Source: Desulfurococcaceae archaeon
Lineage (GTDB): Archaea > Thermoproteota > Thermoprotei_A > Sulfolobales > Desulfurococcaceae
Direction of reading: 5' to 3'
DNA length: 64,000 bases
Assembly: GCA_028275705.1 (NCBI GenBank)
Contig: JAPWUD010000004.1
Coordinates: forward strand, 22,001-86,000
Made by a program: the position numbers and the translations under genes. Below, in pieces: positions 1 through 8,100 of the stretch (positions are counted from its first letter, which is position 1; each line of letters begins with the position of its first letter). A model generated the notes under the pieces. That model did no database searches. It saw nothing but the letters and a program-made list of their open reading frames with translations, and was not told the DNA's origin.

Positions 1-543
1 GGTGTGGGTAGACTGGCATTTGATCCAATTGTAGCGTTTAAACCCAATAATGCCTACCCCCACGCAGTGCCAGGCAGTAAGAGAATTGCCCCTAGAGACC
101 TAGTGTTAATTGATGTAGGCGTTAAAATTAATGGTAGATGCAGCGACTTAACGAGGATGATACTGAAGAAGAGGCCGTTGCCGGAGGAGAGGAGGAGCAT
201 TGAAGCAGTTGTAGAAGCTGTTGAAACAGCAATAGATACCATCGCGCCAGGCGTTAAAGCCAGCGATGTCTATGAAGCCTCAGCCCGTGTACTCGAGAAA
301 TATGGTTTAAGAGAGAAGTTTATACACGGACTCGGGCATGGAATTGGAGTTGTTGTCCACGAGCCTCCATACTTAAGGCATGGAAGTGACGCCGTACTCG
401 AGCCTGGGATGATTTTCACTATTGAGCCTGGAGTGTATATTCCGGGGAGGTATGGTGTTAGAGTTGAGGAGGATGTGTTGGTTACTAAGAAGGGTAAGCG
501 TGTACTGAGTTATAGTCTAGACGAAGTATTGGAGTCTCTCTAA
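1..543 (+). CDS. M24-family metallopeptidase (Xaa-Pro dipeptidase/aminopeptidase-like), C-terminal part; the 5' end lies outside the window
   Basis: The frame is open to the window edge. Pita-bread fold metal-ligand motifs are present: HGLGHGIGVVVHEPP, FTIEPGVY, VRVEEDV. Confidence 0.8.
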   Translation, partial: GVGRLAFDPIVAFKPNNAYPHAVPGSKRIAPRDLVLIDVGVKINGRCSDLTRMILKKRPLPEERRSIEAVVEAVETAIDTIAPGVKASDVYEASARVLEKYGLREKFIHGLGHGIGVVVHEPPYLRHGSDAVLEPGMIFTIEPGVYIPGRYGVRVEEDVLVTKKGKRVLSYSLDEVLESL

Positions 544-548
544 TAATC

Positions 549-1352
549 CTATAGTTTTTCAACAAGTGCTTTGAATAAATTATTGTTCTGTGAAATAATT
601 ATTTTCTCGATTCTCTCAATTCTATTAATACTTATTTCCTCAATACGGGGGATTGTAAAGAGCCCTGCTTTGAAAACCTCTGCTATGGCCATTGCCACTG
701 CGACATCGCTGTTTCTGAGTTTACCGGTTAAGTGTATGAATGCGCTAATTGAACCTATTGATGCGTAAATAGCCTCCAGCGATGCAGAGCCCATAGTTCT
801 GATCTTCAACCCCCGTCCAATGCCCCTAGAAACCTCTAGTAGTGCTTGGAGGTGCTGGGGGTTCTCAGTGTATATGGATAAAACTAGATCGCTCTCACTC
901 TGCTTCCTAGTTAAAACTCTACCATTGTAGTAAATATTGTTATTGCATAGCTCGTATATTTCATTAGTAAAAACACTTCTAACTACTCCATAAATAGGCT
1001 GAGTAATGAGTGATCCAGGCTTGTAGACAGCTAATGATACTGAAGCAAATGGAATTCCAATAGAGTAGTTGAGGCTTCCATCGAGTGGGTCAACGAGGAC
1101 TATGTAATCGATACTAGAACCAATAGACCTAGCACCCTTCTCCTCGCCAACAACGAGGGCGTTTAAACCATTGGACTTTAATGCGTCTACAATATAGTCT
1201 TCGGCTATAATGTCTATTCTCCTAGATACATCACCACTAACACCATAACCAGTAACCTCAATGTAGTCTTCTCTACCATAGAGTTCTCTAAGTAGTGAAG
1301 CAGTATAATCGACTATCTTTCTAAACACTGAGTATATATCCATGCGGAACAA
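549..1352 (-). CDS. Inositol monophosphatase / fructose-1,6-bisphosphatase family phosphatase
   Basis: 267-aa ORF with the IMPase metal-binding motifs VGEEKG and VDPLDGSLNY and a C-terminal GSASLE region. Confidence 0.7.
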   Translation of the reverse strand: MFRMDIYSVFRKIVDYTASLLRELYGREDYIEVTGYGVSGDVSRRIDIIAEDYIVDALKSNGLNALVVGEEKGARSIGSSIDYIVLVDPLDGSLNYSIGIPFASVSLAVYKPGSLITQPIYGVVRSVFTNEIYELCNNNIYYNGRVLTRKQSESDLVLSIYTENPQHLQALLEVSRGIGRGLKIRTMGSASLEAIYASIGSISAFIHLTGKLRNSDVAVAMAIAEVFKAGLFTIPRIEEISINRIERIEKIIISQNNNLFKALVEKL

Positions 1353-1411
1353 CCAGTCTACTAGGTAATATTTTGGTTAGTTATATAGATTATGGAAAGA
1401 GGTACTAGAGC

Positions 1412-1912
1412 TTGGCAAGTGTTAACCAAGCCCCTAAACTAATAGTTACTTGTAGAACTGGGCATGTAGAGCTATGTATGCATGAAATTGGAAACGTACT
1501 GTATGTGAAAGACCCCGGTTTGAAGATTGCTGAATCTGGTTTCCAAGATGTTTTATTCGTGTACACTAATCTAGCCCTGGAGAAAGCTTACGCTGTTGTT
1601 GCTCATAGAGAGTATGGATTTGTAGAAGGCATTATACCTGTAAACTGTGTTCTCAAAGTCCCGCTAATAGATGTAGATATTGAGAAGTGCTTAGAGTCCT
1701 TGAAACCACCGGGAATAGTTAAGTTAAAGGTGAGGAGTAGAGGAGTGAGGGAAGCTAGTAGCAAGCTGTTTAGACTATTTGCCGAGTTGTTGAAGAAACA
1801 TGGTTCAAGCCACGACTCTTCATCGAAGATTTGCCTCTATGTAGAGATTTTCCCAGAGAACGTCTATATTGGTCTTGGTTCTTGCCAACCAGTTTTTAAG
1901 GCATTGTCTTAG
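1412..1912 (+). CDS. Small THUMP-like predicted RNA-binding protein (tentative)
   Basis: 166-aa ORF. Size and pattern (LIVTCRTGHE...E, later KLKVRSRG) resemble archaeal stand-alone THUMP proteins. Motif-level recognition only. Confidence 0.35.
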   Translation: MASVNQAPKLIVTCRTGHVELCMHEIGNVLYVKDPGLKIAESGFQDVLFVYTNLALEKAYAVVAHREYGFVEGIIPVNCVLKVPLIDVDIEKCLESLKPPGIVKLKVRSRGVREASSKLFRLFAELLKKHGSSHDSSSKICLYVEIFPENVYIGLGSCQPVFKALS

Positions 1913-1948
1913 AATTGGTTAAGTGAAAGTTTCGGTGTTTTCGAAACT

Positions 1949-3181
1949 ATGAGTGACACGTGGAGGATTATAGAGGAGGAGCTGAGTAAACCCTCGTTGT
2001 TTAGGAGTAGAGAGAGCCTTATGCCGGAGCACTTGCCTGATAAGCTTCCACACAGGGAGAGTGAGATTAGGAGTCTTGTATCCTACTTCAAGCACCTTGT
2101 TCACGATCCCGGTTCGATTTCACAGAGGGTTTTAATTATTGGTGGAGTTGGTACTGGTAAAACTGCTTTGTCAAAGCTATTTGGGAAGATATTTACTAGG
2201 ACTGCGCGTGAGAAAGGTTATAATGTCTCCTATGTGCATGTTAATTGCCATAGAAACAGGACGCTGTATAATATAATATATGATGTTGCTAGGCAACTAG
2301 CACTACCCATTCCATCGAGGGGTTTGTCTGCTAAGGAGATGTTTGATGCACTCTTAGTATTCCTAGATGAACTCGACCAATACGTGATTGTGGCTTTAGA
2401 TGAATTCCACTACTTCGCGAGTTTATCTCAATCAGACGCTGTATACTTCCTCGCGAGGACTTACGAAGCGTATGAAGGATCTAAAAGGATAAACTTCGTA
2501 TTTATAGCATCAGATACGTCCAAACTAGCCTTCCTAGACCCCGTTACCGAGGGTTATCTACTGAGGCATGTAATTAAGCTACAGCCATATACATCTACAC
2601 AACTACACGATATATTGAAGTATAGGGCATCTATAGCTTTCTTCGAGGGTGTATACGATGACGAGGTATTGAAGGCTATTGCAGACTATGAGGGTGTAGA
2701 TAAGGGTGGTGGGGGGAATGCAAGGCACGCTCTCGAGGCACTACTCTTAGCTGGAGACCTCGCTGAGAAGGATGGAGCTAGGAGAATTACTATTGAACAC
2801 GTGAGGAGGTCTCTTGCAAGTCTTTCAAGAGAGATTGTTAGTGTTAGTGAGTTCATTAAACACAGCTCCCTCCACGAGCTACTAGTACTACTAGCTATTA
2901 TCAAGTTACTAAGGAGGAGTGGTGTTAGAGAAGTGAAAATAGGGGATGTAGAGGAGGAGTATAGGTCTATATGTGAGTACTATGGTGAGATACCTAGGAA
3001 GCACACGCAGATCTACGAGTACATACAGAGCCTATCGAGGGCTGGAGTTATATCTGCACACCCAAGTGGTAAGGGGCATAGGGGTAGGTCTACAATGGTA
3101 TCCGTAGATTATGGTCCACTAGACGTATTGGAGAACTATGTTGTTGAAACAATAAAGAAGAGGCGGGAGCTTGGCCTATAA
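1949..3181 (+). CDS. cdc6: Orc1/Cdc6 replication initiator (AAA+ ATPase with C-terminal winged helix)
   Basis: Walker A GGVGTGKTA, Walker B ALDEFHY, typical N-terminal LPHRESEI motif, 410 aa. Confidence 0.9.
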   Translation: MSDTWRIIEEELSKPSLFRSRESLMPEHLPDKLPHRESEIRSLVSYFKHLVHDPGSISQRVLIIGGVGTGKTALSKLFGKIFTRTAREKGYNVSYVHVNCHRNRTLYNIIYDVARQLALPIPSRGLSAKEMFDALLVFLDELDQYVIVALDEFHYFASLSQSDAVYFLARTYEAYEGSKRINFVFIASDTSKLAFLDPVTEGYLLRHVIKLQPYTSTQLHDILKYRASIAFFEGVYDDEVLKAIADYEGVDKGGGGNARHALEALLLAGDLAEKDGARRITIEHVRRSLASLSREIVSVSEFIKHSSLHELLVLLAIIKLLRRSGVREVKIGDVEEEYRSICEYYGEIPRKHTQIYEYIQSLSRAGVISAHPSGKGHRGRSTMVSVDYGPLDVLENYVVETIKKRRELGL

Positions 3182-3449
3182 GGGGAGACCTGAGGATAAG
3201 ATAATAGAGGCATTGTGTAGGCTCAGGGAGTGCAATCTAAATACTCTAAGAAGAGAGATTGGTTTAAGCTACTACACGCTCATTAGAGCACTAAACAGCC
3301 TCGTATTGAGAGGAATTGTAGTTGAGAAGAGAGTTGGAAGACTCAGAGTTTTCAGAATTACTGAAAACCAGTTGTCTGCTTGTAGGGGCATGCATCCTTC
3401 TGGGAGATACACTTCTTCACAAAAGACCTCGTTAAATACCTCTCAGTGA
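3171..3449 (+). CDS. Small winged-helix DNA-binding protein (hypothetical)
   Basis: 92-aa ORF that overlaps the cdc6 stop by 11 nt (TTG start). HTH-like segment LNTLRREIGLSYYTLIRALNSLVLRGIV followed by a wing-like RVGRLRVFRI. Confidence 0.45.
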   Translation: MAYKGRPEDKIIEALCRLRECNLNTLRREIGLSYYTLIRALNSLVLRGIVVEKRVGRLRVFRITENQLSACRGMHPSGRYTSSQKTSLNTSQ

Positions 3450-3696
3450 TCCTGCAGTATGCTAAGCAAAGAGACCCCGCTTCGTCATAAGTCCTCAACT
3501 CGAAAAATGGACACTCACTCTTCTCACTACATGGAATAACGTGTATAGGTGGATAAACCTCTCTAGGCTTACTACTCAAGACTCATACCCAAACATAGGA
3601 ATCAATAATGAAATCATTAAAAACCCCCATATAATCACTAAATATGGGCCCAGGCGGACTAGGTGAAGAAACCAGGCCACGTAGAAGGTGAAAAGT

Positions 3697-3799
3697 GGCC
3701 CGGGTAGCTCAGCCTGGATAGAGCGCCGGGCTGTGGATCCCTCGAGATGATGAGGGAGTAGAAACCCGGAGGTCCCGGGTTCAAATCCCGGCCCGGGCC
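3697..3799 (+). tRNA. tRNA-His (anticodon GTG) with encoded G-1 and a 27-nt intron (3737-3763) at the canonical 37/38 position
   Basis: Manual cloverleaf: G-1; acceptor GCCCGGG/CCCGGGC; D arm GCTC/GAGC; anticodon stem CCGGG/CCCGG; loop CT-GTG-G; T arm CCGGG-TTCAAAT-CCCGG; discriminator C pairs with G-1. The intron contains a TCCCTC/GAGGGA helix. Confidence 0.9.
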
Positions 3800-3823
3800 C
3801 TTAAATACTGTATTCTCGCTGCT

Positions 3824-4321
3824 TTACTTCTTCTTTAGAGTTAAAAGGATGTTTCTAACATCTTCAACTCTCTGCTTTATCTCTACAATTATGCCTGGCG
3901 GTATATCTACATCGCTCTCCCATAGATCCCTGATAGTGTTCAGTAAGTTGAGTAAGCCTATATCTAGTAGGATCTTTACTGCTTTCTCGACTTTGCCGAG
4001 AAGCTTCTCAATGTACTCTACTCGTGACTCAACGTATTTCCTTCCCTTTGGAGTTAGAGCGTAGATTTTTCTTCTATTACCACTCTTAGAGGTGATGAAT
4101 CCCTCTCTCTCTAGTTCCCGTAGGGTAGGATATAGTATACCGCTACTTGGGGTGTAAACCCCAAGTAGTTCACTTATAAAGCTTCTAATAGCATAGCCAT
4201 GTGCTTCCTCGAGTCTGTATAAAGCATATAAGACTACGTCTCTGAATATTCCCTTAATACCTTTAATACTTAGCTCTAAACCCATAGATTTTGATCTCTC
4301 GCTCTTTCCCAGCTTTAACAC
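3824..4321 (-). CDS. PadR-family transcriptional regulator
   Basis: Winged-helix motif HGYAIRSFISELLGVYTPSSGILYPTLRELEREGFITS followed by a C-terminal coiled region. Divergent from the ABC operon. Confidence 0.8.
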   Translation of the reverse strand: MLKLGKSERSKSMGLELSIKGIKGIFRDVVLYALYRLEEAHGYAIRSFISELLGVYTPSSGILYPTLRELEREGFITSKSGNRRKIYALTPKGRKYVESRVEYIEKLLGKVEKAVKILLDIGLLNLLNTIRDLWESDVDIPPGIIVEIKQRVEDVRNILLTLKKK

Positions 4322-4355
4322 CCCCTTGTACTTATAAAGTATTTTAGGTTTTTAA

Positions 4356-4373
4356 CTATGTCTAAAGACATAG
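4356..4373. promoter_or_regulatory. 18-bp perfect palindrome CTATGTCT-AA-AGACATAG in the PadR/ABC divergent promoter region (candidate PadR operator)
   Basis: Read directly from the sequence. 8-bp arms are exact reverse complements. TATA-like CTTATAAAG lies at 4331-4339. Confidence 0.55.
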
Positions 4374-4386
4374 TCGACTAGAACTC

Positions 4387-5112
4387 GTGGTGCTTATGCG
4401 TGGTGAGGTATTGGTTTTAGAGAATGTAGTGAAGGTTTATAAGGCTAGTGGTGTTGAGACACAGGCCTTAAAAGGGATATCACTAAAGATCTACCGCGGG
4501 GACTTTATAGCAATAATGGGTCCATCGGGTTCTGGAAAAACAACTTTATTGAATATAATGGGGTTGCTGGATAAGCCAACGAGTGGTAGAGTATTAATTG
4601 ACGGTATTGAAGCATCTAGACTAAGTAGTAGTGAATTAGCTAGAATTAGGAATTATAAAATAGGTTTTGTATTCCAGTTCTTTAATTTAGTCAATAGGTT
4701 AACTGTACTAGAGAATATTGAAATGCCTTTAATACCGAGGGGTATACCAAGACCTAAAAGAGTTGAAATGGCCACTGTAGCACTTATAAAAGCTGCTGGA
4801 GACCCATCCTGGCTGCCCAAGAAGCCAAATCAACTATCAGGAGGCCAGCAACAAAGAGTAGCTATCGCAAGGGCTATTGTGGGTGAGCCTGAGATATTGT
4901 TAGCTGATGAACCCACAGGAAACATAGATACAGCTAGCTCGAAGATCGTGGTAAATACGTTCAAAAAACTAAATGAAGCTGGAGCCACAATAGTGGTTGT
5001 AACACATAACCCCGAGGTTGCTCACTGCACTCAGAAGATCTATATTATTAGAGATGGCTTGCTAATGAATATAATAAACCCGGATCCAAGTAAGTGCATT
5101 CTCAGTGCATAG
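4387..5112 (+). CDS. ABC transporter ATP-binding protein, MacB/LolD-type
   Basis: Walker A GPSGSGKTT, signature LSGGQQQRVAIARA, Walker B ILLADEPTGNID, H-loop VVTHN. Confidence 0.9.
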   Translation: MVLMRGEVLVLENVVKVYKASGVETQALKGISLKIYRGDFIAIMGPSGSGKTTLLNIMGLLDKPTSGRVLIDGIEASRLSSSELARIRNYKIGFVFQFFNLVNRLTVLENIEMPLIPRGIPRPKRVEMATVALIKAAGDPSWLPKKPNQLSGGQQQRVAIARAIVGEPEILLADEPTGNIDTASSKIVVNTFKKLNEAGATIVVVTHNPEVAHCTQKIYIIRDGLLMNIINPDPSKCILSA

Positions 5113-5128
5113 AATGTTTTTAAGGGGG

Positions 5129-5146
5129 ATATGTCTGTAGACATAT
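5129..5146. promoter_or_regulatory. Second operator-like palindrome ATATGTCT-GT-AGACATAT immediately upstream of the giant surface-protein gene
   Basis: Perfect 8-bp arms. Shares the core TATGTCT-NN-AGACATA with 4356-4373. Confidence 0.5.
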
Positions 5147-5162
5147 TATTGGCGAGTTAAAC

Positions 5163-8100
5163 ATGAATAGACTCTACAGAGCTCTAATGGGAGTTTTAAT
5201 CACACTATACGTAGTTATACCATTATTCCTCAGCTTGGTTACTGCTGAGGCTCCATTATTTACACTCATTAATTACAATTACAAATCTAGTGCTGGAGAG
5301 GAGGAGATATATCCGGGGAGTAGAGACGTTGCATTAACAGTCAATGTAAAGTACATTGGAGACTCCCCAGTATATGTGTCAGCTGGGTGTATTCAACTCC
5401 CCGCGGGATTTACACCTAGTAGGGGGTATAGTGCTTGTACACCACCACAGACTCCTAATGGTACAACATACGATATAATACACACTAATGACGTAGTAGT
5501 ATTTAACTACCACTTAGATGTTAGTACTGATGTAGCGCCTGGATCATACGTATTAAGCTTAATAATATACTATAGGATGCAGAATGCATCAGGCAGTGAG
5601 GTTTTAAACAATATAGTGATAGAGGTCTCTAATTACCCAGAGCTCTCGCTCACGGTGACAAATTGGTATTGGAGCCCAGCGGGCTATCCTGGTAGTGATG
5701 GAGTCTACCTCTACGTTACACTGAGAAATACTGGGGGTTCAAGGATTCTAAATGCACGTAGTGAAGCAAGGTTTCCCGAGGATGTATTCTCGCCATCCAC
5801 TATTAGTTTTCAAATAGCTAATATTGGTGAAAATGAGTATGCAACTATTGGGTTAGGCCCTATATCAATATATCCATCTGCAAATCCCAATATAACGTAC
5901 CAAGTTCAACTAGATCTAAACGCGACTATGAGTACTAATGATGGCGTTCAATACTATGCCCAGGGTTCAATAGTCTTCAGCGTCTCTTTAACCCCTCCAC
6001 CTGTAATTCACTTAGAGGTAGTTGATTATGGATTAGAGACTCCGAGGCCTGTTGAGGGCTTGAGGCAAGCTAGATTCTACATGATGATTGTTAACAAAGA
6101 CTTCAAAACTATTAGGAGTGTTACAGCGTATTATTACATAGCTACATCAGGTGCGGTATTCGTCAATGGATCATCCTCCTCAGTATCCATATTCGAGGCT
6201 ACACTGGGATACGGAAATGCAGCATCCATATACTCAGAGCCCATAGTACTTGGTAGTGTACACCAATTAGTCATTAAGGTATCTCTACTTATTTTTGGAG
6301 ACGATAATGGAGCAGAGTTCTGGAGCACTATAAACTATGAATTTGCAGTGAGCATTGAAGAGCCTTTGGTAGACCTCGAAGCGGTTAATGTATACTGGTC
6401 TAGCGGGGGTGTTTACCCTGGCAGTGAAAATGCTGTTTTAAACACAGTGTTGTTGAACAATGACATTGTAGATGTAAGGGATGCAGTAGTATCAATTACA
6501 CTTCCAGAGGGGTTTTACCCAAGGTGCTTAACAGTTAGCAATGTATTAGTTCAAAGGGGCTCAATGACTACTGTATCATTTACTGGGATTTCAATAAGTA
6601 ATAGTACAATACCCGGAGAATACCCCGCGATCTTGGTAATTCAGGGTGTGGCATGGGATTCATCTACAAACACTTACTATGCATTTACAGCAAACTACAC
6701 GGTAACGGTTAATGTCAGTAAAACCCCGGTGTTTAAGATACTCACGGTTGCCACTAGTGGCTGGATTGGTGGAAGAGCATACACTATTAGTGTTAACGCT
6801 GCTTTCTACGCATACCTCCAGGTTACGGCTCCAGGTTATACTATACGTGGATTAAAGGTCAAGGCTAATCTCCCAGATCAACTCTTATTCACAAATGGCG
6901 AAAAATACAGTACTGTAACCCTTGGAAACATCTATAGATACGGTGACTTCATATATGTAGAGTTCGCAGGTGTAGATGTAGTCACCGATAAGAGTGGACC
7001 TGTCCCCGTAGTATTAGAGGTAGAGGGCTTAGCGTCGATTGGTGGGGATTACTGGTTTAGAGAATACCACACTATACTACTACCCATAATAGAGCCTGGT
7101 TTGAACTTAACACTAGTAGATGCGTCCTGGAGTGTAAACCCAGTTAGCAGTGAGGCTAGTGAACTAGGAGTGAGTATTACAATGCAGTCGACATCTATAG
7201 ACACCATTACTTCCATTACAGCTCGTTTAACCCTAACCAATGCAGTGTATAGTAGTGGCAGGGAGGAGGCCATTGTTAGTGTACAGAGGCCGGTGAACTA
7301 TGGCGAGGTCTTTACACTGGACTTTACAGGGGTGAATATAAATGCCACGGCTTTGAATGCTGTACTCGAAGTATACGCGGTTTTATCTACTGGTAGGTCT
7401 ATGTATTATAGGGCTGTGAGAGTGTATAATGTCTCCATGAATACTCTCACAGAGTTGAATGCCTTTAGGATTATTGGAGTACACACGATGATTGCTGGTT
7501 CTTACACGCCGCTACTTCCATCTAGTAGAGGGGTATCAATAGTGATCGAGCTAGCCAATAGCAAGCCATACCAAGTATCCTGGATTCAAGTTAATGCAAC
7601 TGCTCCAAGCGATGTAAAAATAAATGATATCTCAGGTACGTGTGTAAATGGTTTAACTCCCGCGGGAACATGCACAATCACTCTAAATGTCGATGTATCG
7701 CCAAATGCTACACCGGGATCTAGGAGTATTGAATTACTACTAAAGTACGCTGTTGCCACAGCACAAGGAGTCTCATTGTTTTCTGAGAGACACGTAGTGG
7801 ACTTTGCTATTGCAGATACTAAGTACTATGAGCCGGAATTAAAGCTTGTTTCAATGTACTGGGGTGTTCAAGCACCAATGAGGGTACTCGTAAGTCAGAG
7901 GAATGTACCATTAAGCATAGTGATCATCAATACAGGTTACTACTCATTAGATGGAGTTTACGTGTATGTTAAGCCTTTGAATAACACTGTACTCATGGTT
8001 ACTGACTCCTCAATGTGTACTCCGAGGTTGACAACCGGGGCTTCCTGTAGTGTAACACTATATACGGATCTATCCATGGTTGAGAAGCCTGGAGAGTTAT

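Noticed and set aside
3358-3579. 73-aa minus-strand Cys-containing ORF (TTG start) overlapping the 3' end of the small wHTH ORF
   Set aside because: It has no recognisable motif, a non-ATG start and a 92-nt overlap with a plus-strand ORF. I could not decide which of the two is real in the overlap, so it is not reported as a feature.
1353-3696. Replication origin (ORB repeats) adjacent to cdc6
   Set aside because: The spacers around cdc6 are short (59, 36 and ~250 bp). I found no repeated ORB or mini-ORB-like boxes or an A+T-rich unwinding element there.
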